Below are positions 1 through 12,249 of a stretch of 64,000 nt of DNA, piece by piece. The stretch comes from Saccostrea echinata. Its lineage: Eukaryota. The DNA is taken from NCBI RefSeq assembly GCF_033153115.1, contig NW_026889795.1, positions 11,222,001 through 11,286,000 of the forward strand, read 5' to 3'. The position numbers and the translations under genes are program-made. Under the pieces are notes generated by a model. The model ran no database searches. It was not told where the DNA came from and worked only from the letters and a program-made list of their open reading frames with translations. The stretch's first letter is position 1. Every line of letters begins with the position of its first letter.

Positions 1-687
1 GCAGGAATATGATGTGACAGTAATATGCATGTATGGAGACTTTTGTAGTGCAGATTTAAAGAACTGAATGTACCTGGAGGTAGGATGGGGTCACATTGGG
101 GGTTAAAAACCCATTTACCGGTACATGTGAAAGCAAAGAAATTATGAAAAAAAAATATGTTTTCAATAGTTGCAGTGCCACACTAATTCACATTGCAATG
201 CAACCTTCTCTTCCATTGGATTTAAGTTTCCAATTAAAAAACAAAAAACATTGATATCATAGGGATAGGATTTGGCTTAAATAGGGTATCAATTTTCACA
301 AAATGCATGCATATGGAAGTAAAATGCTAAAAATTTCTTCTGAACAGCAAGGCTGTTTCAATCATTTTGTTATGGCAGCATGATGTAACACCCCCCCCCC
401 CCTCCCCCCCCCCCCCCCCGTGTGGATTCAAGTTCAGTTTAATCATGATTGGTTAAATTGTTCAGGGAATAAAAAGCTTTTTTTTTTTAATTTAAATCTT
501 TAGCAGAGAGGATGTGACTTTGGTGAGCATTGTGACTCCTGCTCCACTTGCTTTCATCACTGGTATGCCTTAAGAACCTAAGTGCAATTTTGAAATTAAA
601 AATTAAAGATTATGCAGTAAGTAATTTTAAAATACATGTAGTTCAAGGAATTTAGAACACAGATACATGTATATTTTTCCTTTGCAG

Positions 688-3600
688 ACCCCAAAGAAAG
701 AGAGAAAACATGGAATGAAAGCATCCACAGAATGTTATGTAAGTGATCTGACCCTGTCTAAAATGAATTTTGCATGACTTGTATTAATTATTTTTCAAGC
801 AAGCTGTATAATGGTTATGTGTAGGATTTGGAGCCATCAACATCAAAGGAATTAGATGGGAAAGGGTCACCACTAGGCAGTAATGTAGAGGAACAACCAC
901 ATAGAAAAATAAAATTGTCTCCAATCATTATTGAAAATGAGGTATGTTTAGTACAAGTAAATTGCCATTGTTGTTTATGAAAGTTTTTTAAACAAAAATT
1001 TTAAAAGTTTCTTGTGGCTTCACAATTGAAGAAATTAGTCTGAAACTTCACTGAGGAAAGTCAACAAAATTTCTAAAATTGACCAGAATTTGAAAGAAAC
1101 TGCATGCATTTGGATGTATTTTTAGGCATCAAAATATAATTTACCACTGTACCAATTAATAGTGTGCTCTGTTTAATAGAAGTGATTATATGAAAGCTAG
1201 AGATTGTTTCTCTTAAATTTGAACTTACATATAATATTTGAAGATTTTTATTAGGGATGGCCACATGCAGTAAACTGACAAATTGATCAGAAAGATCATA
1301 CTGGGTACAAATTCCATATAAAGCAGTCAACATTTTTAGAAACTTTTGTGATGAACTTACTTAAAAATTGTGCATTTATTTTAAATGTAGGGTTCTGATG
1401 ATGATTGTAAACTCCCGAAAATGGAATTATCAAGATCAGTAAGTGTTTATTTTTCATGACTTTCTAGTTGTTTGGTTTTTTTTTTCATTCTACAGCTTAA
1501 ACTTTCCTAATAGTGATTGGAATGTACATTGGTACATTTGTAATAGTTGGGCATACCCATATACCCTATCCAAAACAATACCACTGAATAAAATTTAAGG
1601 AGACTCACAAAAGGTTTTAACCCCCCCCCCCCCATCTACCATATGGGTATAATGGCAAAATCAATTTTTTGCTATTGAAAACTCTATTAAATAACTAGGT
1701 GTCATTTTGCTAGCCTGTTGCCAACAGTTCCTCCATTTTCTTTCTGTTTTTTTTTTTTTTTTTTTTTTTGGTAATTATAGTTATTAATTTAAACAAACTT
1801 TCAGTAAATTTGGATAATCTATCAAATAACAAACATTTCGCTATTAACTTAGTCATAATTTTATTATTACACAAGGTAACAGGATTCATTATGATTTTTG
1901 GTCACCTTAGTCACAAGATATTTCATTTGCAGACCCAAAAGGAAAAGAGAAAACGAGACATGAAAGCATCCACAGAATGTTATGTAAGTTGTCTGCCCTT
2001 GTTTATAATTACATATAATCACATATGACTTGTATTATGTTAGTATTATTCTAGCAAGCTGTATAATGGTTATGTGCAGGATTTGGAGCCATCAACATCA
2101 AAGGAATTAGATGGGAAAGGGTCACCACTAGGCAGTAATGCAGAGGAACAACCACAAAGAAAAAGAAAGTTGTCTCCAATCATCGTTGAAAATGAGGTAT
2201 GTTAGTATGTTTTAGTACAAGTAGATTGCTTCTTTCCTAATGAATCCATGTGAATATTTTCAATTGTATTTTAAATACTTTCAATGGGGGATATTGTTCA
2301 TGGTCATAAACTTAAAGCTAAATATGACTCTTTGAAGAAGAAAAATTTTTCCTCCCTTTTCCTCTCATTTTAATCTTTTTCTTGAGCACTATTATAAACC
2401 GCAGACTTCTTCACAGTCTGAAGATTTTGCTGTACAGATCTTACTTGTATAGACATATATATAAACTAGTATCTAAATTATATTGCTATTGATGCTCAGT
2501 CTCCATAAAATTGTCAAGTTTATGCAGCTATAGCATGTCAGGGGGAAAGTAACATCAATTGCATGTATGATTTATTACAAACAAACACAAATGCACGTAA
2601 ATGTAAAAACAAAGAAAACTTTAGAATTAGTCAACATCGATCATGAGTTCCAGGTGTGCATTCTGGTTTAATAATATATATTCTATTGCTGATATTTGAA
2701 AGATGAAAACTAGCTTATGGCTATTTATGAGTCCAGGAAAAATAACAGTTTAATTGTGCAAACATTTTACCAATCCATTGCCTTTAAATTGTAATTCAAT
2801 AAAGGACTGAAATTGGCTACTCAGTCTGTGCATAATTTTGGGTCTGTTTGTCATAAACTTCATGTGTTATGTGTATTCCTTATTAATGATAGGCAGCATT
2901 GTTAGACACAAGAGTTATCAATCTTGTTGGTAGAAGTATTTTTTTTTCTTCATAATTGATGTTGTGCTTATGAACACATCTATAGGCATCAGAAGCAAAT
3001 TGAAAGGGGGGGGGGGGGGTAACTGAAATGGGGAGCTAAACCAACAGAAAAAGGTAAGCCCCAATTTTCAATGCCTATATTATGGCCGTCTTTTGAAAAA
3101 AGTGGTGGGGGCTAAGCCCCCCCCCCCCCCATTTCCGATGCCTGTGGAATGTTACTAAGCAATTTGAGATTCATTTTGTAACTGTCGATCTGAAGAGCCA
3201 TTAAAGGTTAAAAGGCAGGAAGCACTTACAGATAAAATGAATTTTCAGGTCTTGAGAATCTTGACTTTTTTCATTGTATATATATATATATTCATATATA
3301 TTTTAGATTTCTGATGAGCTACCAGACATTGAGGTACCCTCTCTTTCTTCAGACATTAATACAGATCCTAAGTCTGATGCTGTATGTAAAAGATAATGTA
3401 TACTAAGTACACATATTTGTTATCTTTAAACAACACATTTATACATATGTGTATAGAAATGATTATGATATTGAAATAAGCGACAATTTAACATCAAGCA
3501 ATCTACTTTTTTTCTTAAAACTTCACTAGTCTAGTTTTTCCTTAACAAAGATTTGGAATGAGATAGTTAATGTAATGACCTGTTCACACAGAGAGTTTTA

Positions 3601-6600
3601 ATTCGCAGTAAATTAATGAGAAGTGAAATAATGCGTGTTCCCATTCATTTCTTAATCTTTATATGTATGACTTTTCTTAACAGGGGTCTGCGCTTTGCTA
3701 GTGAGGCGTCCGAGTTCCTTTTAGGGACCCCGACCCCCCCCCCCCCCCCCCCAGATTCGCACATGTTGTATAATGCTATCATGATGTCATTTGCAAATCA
3801 CTTCACATTGTGCAGAGCAGATCCATTAGACATAATGTCATGGTGTCTGTAATCATTTCAGTGATAAGCATAATTTCACTTTGTTTTTCACTAAAAAAAA
3901 AAAAATAGCATAAGTACCTATATCTGACCACTGACATGTTGCATGCGACTTGATTTTGCCATTACGCACGTGTCAGAATTTTAATTCTAATTATCTAAAG
4001 AGCTAATGCGGAGTAATTTGATGCACAGTAATTTAATTCAAATTAAATTAATTTGTAATCTCTGTGTAAATGGGATTCAAATTTAATTTGCTGTAACTTA
4101 CATTTGATTCAGATTACTAGTAAATTCTCGGTGTGAACAGGGCATAAAAGTATTTACTGTTCTTTCTTTCAGCTTTCGAAGGAGGATGTACCGGTATTAG
4201 AGGATTTGCCAGTAAGTTGTCAATATTGAATACATGTATTATATATGTTTACTGCTATCTTGTTCTTAATATCAAAAAGTAATCAATCAAATGAGAAATC
4301 ATAAAAGTGGCAGTTTCTCAACATATATGTACATGTATACATGTATATCAGATTCTTTGATTATTTTCAGCTAATGGACAGTGAAGTAGCAGCATTTTGT
4401 GATGTAAGTGTATACCATATTAAATATCTTTAAAAAGTACTATTTATTTTTCAAATTGGATTTTAGCAGTTTTTCCCAAGAACACTTTTTTATACAAGTA
4501 TGGATACATCAGCAAATGTTTCTTTATTGTAGGTCTTGGAAAAGAAGATAAAGAGAAAGGAGGTTTGACATTATGATACAGTTATAGCAGGATTTCTTGG
4601 CGGGTGTAAAATTTGGCGTTTTGCCTGTTCAAATGTATGCCAATCATTTTGGTGTAATTAATTTTAGCGGACACAGGGTTTGAACACATTGCAAAAGAAC
4701 ACTAAGAAGAATACTGAATATTTTAGTGATTAAAATTTTAGCGGGCTACTACCAAACCACTAAAATAAGCCAAAATTAGTACCCCGCTATACGGTATATT
4801 GCCTTGAAGTGTTCACTTGAAGAAGTTCACTGCTCATAACTTACTTCTCAGTAATTCTTTGTAAACCCTATTTCCCAGTACATGTACTTGCACACATAGT
4901 ACAATGTAAACTACTTTATTTGCCCTTGAATGATCAAAGGCCATTGGAAAAAAAAATAATTGGACTTACATAAAGTATTATGTTAATGCTTGGAATTGTT
5001 AATTCTGTCTAGAAGGGTAAGTTTTGTACCTGGTATGTCTCTAAACCTATATTCGATCTCCAAAACCAATAGGCTAATTTCAACCAAATTCATATTAGGC
5101 CTTCAAGGGTAAGTAAGGAGATGCCAGAATAGAAGATCAAAGGTTCACAGGTGAAGATATAGAAGAAAAAAAGAAATCTGTAAAAAAAAAAAATCTCCTC
5201 CTGAACATTAAGACCATGTTAGTCATTTTGGAATTAAAGCATCCAACATGTTGAATCAAACTTAGTAAATCACATTCTCTTGGGGCTAGATTTGGGCCAA
5301 ATATAGGATTAAAATTTTTATGGGAGTGGAAAGGGGAAAAATGCAAAATCTTCTAAAGATCAACAAGGCAACCGTCTCTTGGATGAATTTTATGGCTTAT
5401 GGGCTCTTGTTTTCAAACGTATTTGGTGGTCATATTAGGAACTGAAAGGCCTATTAATCATAATTTTAAATTGCTTTTCAACTTCAAGATGGCAGACGGA
5501 ATAGCCTTGACATTCCCAGACAATGGAAAGATGGTGACTGTGGTGTATGAAAATCATGGGGGAATGTCATTTTCTAGGGCCTTTCATCATACAGACACAG
5601 TACAGGTATGATACATATGATGCATGAAAAGTGCACATTATCATATCATAAACATAATGAAGACAGTAATCCTTGTATATGTATTTAACAAGAGTTATTA
5701 CTATTGAATCAATTTTCTTCTTATTACATGATTTGGATTTAAAGTAACAATTTTTAAGATAGATGCTAACTTGGCCATCATGAGTTGTTACATGTAAGAA
5801 ATAAATTGAAATGATACGTTATATGATGAAAAGTCATCAATGGGATACTCTAGTAGCCAGCAAATTTGAGAATGATTTTCTCACTATAAGTGAGCATTTG
5901 ATAGTAGAGTAATAAATTTTTGGCAATTCTAAATTTCAAATTGAAAGAATTCGAATTTAATTTTTAAAAATGTCTACAAATTTTGGATATAATATGGCAT
6001 TAAAAAAAATGTTCAAGCAGCTCTGGTATGTACATGTAGGTCACCATCTGCAATTTTGGAGTGAATGGTGTTTTGAATGTATACATCTCATAGCATATTA
6101 AATGAATAGAAATATATTTTCTTCTGAATTTAATGTACTTTTAATGCACATATTAAGCTGTCTTATTCACACAAAACAACAGTAATTGGACAATTATTTA
6201 ACATCACAGTGGAGCAACAGAAAAATGGATCTCACATAAAAGATAATAATTGAAATTTTTTTTTCCAGAAAGAAGTCTTGCACCTTTGTATATTGATGGT
6301 TCTTTTTTTTCAGAGTGTGTACACATTTATTTGTCAGATTATTGACCCAGAAATTCTCCCTTCTGTATTCCATTTGGAATGCATTTCACCAACCACCTGT
6401 ACAGAAAGAGAATGCATTCATTGTTTTGAGCTCACAGAGTGTTTTGAAATGCCAATTGATAAATTGCCATCATTGTTGGTATTGAAAGAGGGGGTAAGAA
6501 AATTATACATATATCTTTTAAACATGGTTTGTTTCTTTACTCTGTACTTCCATAAAAGAAAAACTTGAGTCTTGATGCTTGCAGTGAAACAAAACTTACT

Positions 6601-7212
6601 TCATATATTTTACTTAATTTCTTTCTCAGACAAAAAGGTTCTAAAATATTTTTCATCAGCTTTTTTGCTGATAACTGATGTCATAGCTTCAGAACTGTTG
6701 CATTAAGGTTTTATATTTTAGTCTTTGACCATAACACTACAGATCCTGTGATGCAAATATGGTCAAATTTACATTGCAAGATTTTCTGCGCATGGTGGGG
6801 GGATGACCAATATACTCAATTGTTTTGAATTTCTTGTAGGATGGCAGAAAATTCAAAACAATTGAGTTTATTCGTTGGTAGAGACGACTGTAACAAGGGT
6901 TACAAAATGAATAAAATATACAGGTTGGTTAAAGAATGTGCCTGGAATTACGGAATGAAAGGTTGACCAATGCTGGAAAGTGAGAATTCTCCCATACCAT
7001 GCGCAGAAAATCTTGTGACATAAATTGCACTGAGATCTGCAGCGTAATGGTCAAAGACCATGGTCAAAGGTTGTGTAAAATCATAAATCTACAGTTTGAC
7101 AGCTACTGATGTTAATGAACAATTTTAATTCTTTTATATGTATACATTTCAGAATTATCTGGTGGATGAAACCATGACATTTTATGGAACTGTGCTTTTA
7201 AAGAAAAACTAG
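688..7212 (+). CDS. 3' part (12 exons) of a microexon-rich gene with an acidic linker and a C-terminal UBX/ubiquitin-like domain
   Basis: GT-AG exons 688-738, 825-941, 1391-1438, 1933-1983, 2080-2196, 3307-3381, 4173-4211, 4371-4403, 4533-4562, 5489-5605, 6314-6493, 7153-7212. Every length is a multiple of 3 and the frame is open. The C-terminal KMVTVVYENHGGMSFSRAFHHTDTVQSVYTFICQIIDPEILPSVFHLECISP resembles the UBX pattern R.F...DT+..VY.F+......F.L....P. Confidence 0.72.
3577..4143. mobile_element. PIF/Harbinger-like MITE (mirror ~50256-50830)
   Basis: Imperfect TIRs GACCTGTTCACACAGAGA ... TCTCGGTGTGAACAGGGC. Confidence 0.5.
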
Positions 7213-7496
7213 ACTGGCGGGTTCTACATAACTGTCCTGTTTATTTGTGTTCATCTTTTGATTAAACTCTTAACCAAAGTTTACTGAAATCAGAATGCCT
7301 GTCTATCGTAAACAATTTTTATCAGAAGACTATTCAGTATTTTTATGCCCCCAACCATGAAATGGTCAGGCATATAGTGTATATCATTTTGTTTTCATTC
7401 CATCACAGTAAACTTTTTTGTTGGGTATACAAATGAGTTGCTTTGTAATATGTGTCTTTATTTTGCTGATTGAGAAATAAAGACTTGATGGTTTTG

Positions 7497-8990
7497 TTTT
7501 TAGTTCATCTCAGCTGAAAGGTCAATTGAGCTTTTCTGATCACCAATTGTCCATCCGACCATTTAGCTGTCCATCCATCTGTCTGTAAACATTTCACATT
7601 TTCAACTTCCCAAGAACTACTAGGCTGATTTTAAGCAGAGTTGGTACAAAGCATTCTTGGGTAAAGTGAAGTTTAAATTGTTAAAATGAAGAGCCAAGCC
7701 CCCTTACAAGGGGAGATAATCAAGAGAAGACAAAAATAGGGTGGGGTCATTAAAAATTCTCAAGAACCACTTGGCAAGAAAAGCCGAAACTTAAATGGAT
7801 GCATACTGGGATAGTGTAAATTCTAAATTGTTCGAATCATGACCCCCTGGGATAGGATGGGGCCTCCATGGGTGGTCAAAGTCTTGCATGGTATATATAG
7901 GAAAAATCATCAATAATCTTTTCAGGAACAACAAAAGATTAGTCATTTATATTGCAGCATCCACAGGTAATGTGGATTCAAGTTGATTTAAAACATGACC
8001 CTGGGGTAGGGTGTGGCCACTATGCTTGATCAAAGTTTTACATGGGTATAAATAAGAAAAATCTTCAAAACGGAAATCAATTTCACATGGAAGCGAATTC
8101 TTTTCAATGAATTGTTTAAGACAATTAAGCACTTTAAAGTGACCATTCTGTTCGACTTTTCATCATTTGCCCTTAGATGTCGTATCTTAAGTTTATTGGA
8201 TCATGATATTATTAGCTCTTCTGAGCAGAAGGCTTCAAAGAGCTAATGCTATGGCAATTTGTGCAGTGTCCATCAACTTTTAGGAATATGGGCCATAACT
8301 CAAGAACCCCTTGACCAATTTTTGTCAAATTGTCAGAGTATCTCTGGTCAATTGGCTCTCATTTATACTAAAAACAGGGTTGTGACCCTTAAGCAAGGGA
8401 AGATAATTGAGAAAATGATATAAAAAGTACAGGTTGCTAAAAAAATCTTCTCAAGAAGCAGGGGGCAGATTATCACAAAACTTGCATACAAGAATGAGGA
8501 TATGTTGTAGATTATGTTTTGTCAAAACTTTGATATTTTGCTTCCTATAAGGCAAAGGGTCATCAAGTCTTGTCAATTGATGCATCTTAGGTTACATATC
8601 AAGTTGACTCAAAAGTAGGCCACAGTGACCTACGTTTTTGAATATTTTCAGATACCAATTGGCTTAAAATCAGCAAACTTTGTCAGCTACTTCATCTTGG
8701 GTCCTCAAAATGATTCAATTAAAAAGAAGGTCACAGTGATCTACTTTTGGAATTTCAAGGTAATATTTAAATATTTCAATTAATATAATGCTTTGAATCA
8801 TCAAGCTTTGTCAGTTGATGCATCTTGGGTTCTCAGAGTGTGTTAACCAAAATGAAGGTAACAATGACCTACTTTTAGAATTTCAAGGTTTTATCTAGAT
8901 AAATAGAATACTATGAGGCTTCAAATACAAGTGATAGGTATGTTGTACAATTTATCAGAAGAGTGATTCAAGGCCCTTGGACCTCTTTCG
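7497..8990 (-). mobile_element. Two adjacent decayed HINE-like elements between the UBX-like and BTB genes (mirror ~45440-46925)
   Basis: TTTTAG(C/T)TCA..CTGA hairpin ends, CCAT/CTGT microsatellite, ~120-bp internal repeats, AGGCCCTTGGACCTCTT end. Confidence 0.55.
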
Positions 8991-9361
8991 TTAATTTGTC
9001 ATTGTATGAGAAATGTCCAGGAGTAGATTACCTCCAAATTCCTTTGATGGATATATGTCTAGTGATGTATTGATGTTATACAAGGCAATATTACAGGTGT
9101 GTTGAGGGAAGAACATTTTACCGGGTAGTTGATTTTTTAAACGCATGTACTTATTACAAAGTAAGGCTATATAATTATACAGATATACATGTGGACTAAA
9201 TAAAAAGATTTGAAATAAAAGTGACCTTTTATTATAATTTTTGTATGGTGAATAATAATGAAATATATAAAGAGAAAGGTATGAATTGAACAATTAATAA
9301 TGTTTCTATTGCCACTCATAACTTAGATAGATCTCAAGATTTAGCTTGTAAACTCATTATT

Positions 9362-10630
9362 TTAACGTTTTCTCAAAATGAGCCCCTTAATTTGCCCCGT
9401 TTGTACATTTGTTTCTCCAAAAGCATCTTGGAAAGTAATTTTTAGAGTGCTTGTCTCCCCCATTTGAACATTTATAGTCGACAAGCAACCTACACCATTA
9501 TAAGTGGGCCCTCCACTTATCCGCACAACTACTCTATAAACGGTGTCTTTAACAAGAAGCAATGGTTTTGGAAATATTACTGGAATTTCTTTGTAGTTCT
9601 GAGTTTTCTGCTTAGTTTGGCCTTTTCCTAAAAGCTGGCCATTTCCAGTATAAAGATACATGGAAACCAAAAGACCTGCTTCACATACAGTCTCTGTACC
9701 GTAAACAAATATTCCTCTTAAATAGAAAGTATCTAAGTTTATAGTGAATGATATCCTGTCCCCATTTAGGGAATTATCAACAACCCATGTAGGATGTAGA
9801 CTGTGACGTAAAAAGCGATTGATAATTATGTCCTGGTCTGTTATTAGACATCTTATCTTGGAGTGCTGTTCTGGTACTGGTTGTTGTTCAACTGTTGAAA
9901 AGTACACCATGATCTTCAAAGATAATTCATTGTCAATTATGCCTTTATTAACAATATTTTCCAAAAAAAAGTCCATTGACATCATTCCGAACCTTAGAAA
10001 GGGACTTATGTCATGCCAGGTGTGGGGAATGTCTTCTTTAACTTTTTTAGTCCAAAGATTGATGTGATTAAATAGAAGTTCCTCATGTATGCAGAGACTG
10101 TCTCTTTTAACAATATTCAAGAGTAATTCCAGAGGAATTTCTTGGAATTCTTCAGTAGTTATACTTAATAATACTTCTTCAATGTGTTTGTCTAAAAATT
10201 CAAGGTCTTTGTTTTTGATATCTGTTACGCTGTTTTCATGAGAAATAGTTAAAATTTTAAGAACAGTATTTTTTGATATGTTTTGTTCTAAGAATATGCA
10301 ACATTTTTCCATAAGTTCAGTAACACTATAATAGTCAGCAATCTGGTAAATCTCTTCTACATTATCTAAAGTAATGTGTATTTCAGAAGTGTACAAGAAC
10401 TCTAACATTTCCTTTGTATGTTGAATAGAATGAACATCACACTGAATTATGTTTGATTCATCACTGGCATGATTCCACTTTCCACAAAGCCGGGCCTCAA
10501 ACCATTTTGATCCAAGAATTAATACAATTTTATGGGTTTCAATGATGGAATTATCTTGAAGCTTTAACTTTACGTCACAAAGTCTCTGGTCTCTGAAGGC
10601 TTGTATTAACTTTCTCCCAAGAACTGACAT
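9362..10630 (-). CDS. BTB-BACK-PHR domain protein (BTBD1/2/3/6-like architecture), 422 aa, single coding exon
   Basis: BTB: LCDVKLKL..HKIVLILGSKWFEARL..MLEFLYTSEIHITLDNVEEIYQIADYY. BACK: EEFQEIPLELLLNIVKRDSLCIHEELLFNHINLW..LRFGMMS. PHR: INRF..DRISFTI..RGIFVYG..PVIFPKPL..TNVQTGQIKGLIL. Confidence 0.92.
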   Translation of the reverse strand: MSVLGRKLIQAFRDQRLCDVKLKLQDNSIIETHKIVLILGSKWFEARLCGKWNHASDESNIIQCDVHSIQHTKEMLEFLYTSEIHITLDNVEEIYQIADYYSVTELMEKCCIFLEQNISKNTVLKILTISHENSVTDIKNKDLEFLDKHIEEVLLSITTEEFQEIPLELLLNIVKRDSLCIHEELLFNHINLWTKKVKEDIPHTWHDISPFLRFGMMSMDFFLENIVNKGIIDNELSLKIMVYFSTVEQQPVPEQHSKIRCLITDQDIIINRFLRHSLHPTWVVDNSLNGDRISFTINLDTFYLRGIFVYGTETVCEAGLLVSMYLYTGNGQLLGKGQTKQKTQNYKEIPVIFPKPLLLVKDTVYRVVVRISGGPTYNGVGCLSTINVQMGETSTLKITFQDAFGETNVQTGQIKGLILRKR

Positions 10631-12249
10631 TTGTGTAGTCTGAAATACGAAATAGCTTCATATATTAAGACAAAATGACTATGCTTAGGTCACAATGGTT
10701 AATGGAAAGTCACCTTGACCTCATCTTACAATGTGTATACACTGATTACCCGGTAGATGTTTATAGGAACATACAAACAAAGTAGGATTCATTGCCTGAT
10801 CTAACAAATGTGTCTGAAAAAAACGTGTACATGAATTACACATAGAAGTGATGTTAAATTCATATGAATGCAAGGTAATTGTACAATAAATTTATAAAAG
10901 CTAGTTATCTTTAATCTTTCCTTCACTGTTACTTGAAGTTTTGCCAGTACATATAACAGTAACATATAACTTTAATAGTTTGACCCTCGATCTTCCAACC
11001 TCTTAACTTATCCAAAGAGGGGGACCAGTGAATAAGTTTGATGACGATCAATCAAAAGATTCTCAAGATACTCATGGCTGTAAGAACCGGGCCGGTTCCC
11101 CCTCCCACCCCCCAATAATTTTGCCAATGTGTAGAATACACTGTACTATAGAAAATATACATGTAGCTACTATATGCTTGTGCCCCCTCAATAATAACGT
11201 CCGATGACCTTTTTTTTTGCTTGTCAAGGAATTTTGGTAGTTGATAGTGCCCCCCAACTGAAAATGTATGGCTGTGCCCCTTCAAAGTGAAATTGCTTCC
11301 TACGGGCCTGATACTGATCAGACCAACTGACTGCTTAAAATGGCATGCCCTCTTTTTTCAAGCAACACAAATATACAAGTCTTTCAATGAGGATTCAAAC
11401 AAACAAATATCATTACATATTTACTTCATATATTTAATTAAACATATATAATGTACAAGTATATACACAAGGCTATTAAAGAATCACGATGAAGACTATA
11501 AACTTAAATAACAAAACACATATTAAGTATGAAAGCCCTAGCACCAACTGTTCAAAAGTTATGGCCAAGGTTAAAGTTTGGCAATTTTTTGTAAAAGTGG
11601 GTCACACTACAAGGTCAAGGTCACGAGGTCAAATTTGGTGGTACCCAAAGAAAGATTTTGTCACAAGGAATACACCTGTGAAATAGGAAATTTTTGATTT
11701 TGGGGGCATAAAGAGTCAAATAAATACAATATTGTTCAAATATATATGAAGTAAAAGTGGTTCATTCTAAATTTCCTCATTATACTAAAAGCTTTAATCA
11801 ATACATTTCAGTGTGTTTTATAGTGGGCCTATAGATAAGGTGTGAAAAGCTTATTTCAACTCTCCCCTCCAAAAAATATTGCTGAGAAATTCAGTTAATT
11901 ATGCACATTCACTTCTTTTATCCTTGATGGAAATGAAAACAGAGCATCCTTGAAGTACAATAAGTATAACATAATACATCAGGTATCAAAAAAATATTGC
12001 TAACATAAAGAGAAAATATCAATGAATGAAATTGATATTCTAAAGTTAAAAAAAAAAGATAAGGGGGCATATATCTATAGTGTTTCTGGATTTTGAACAA
12101 AGTATTTCTTCCTGCTATAAGCCAGTACATGTAACTATCTGACAGTAGAAACTATTACATAACTGGAATTTTTACTGCAGTTGTGACATTACATTGTGAC
12201 ATGATCTACCTTCATACATACATTCATACATATAATGATATTTCATATA

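Noticed and set aside
9819-10067. 82-aa ORF antisense to the BTB gene
   Set aside because: Shadow frame with no independent support.
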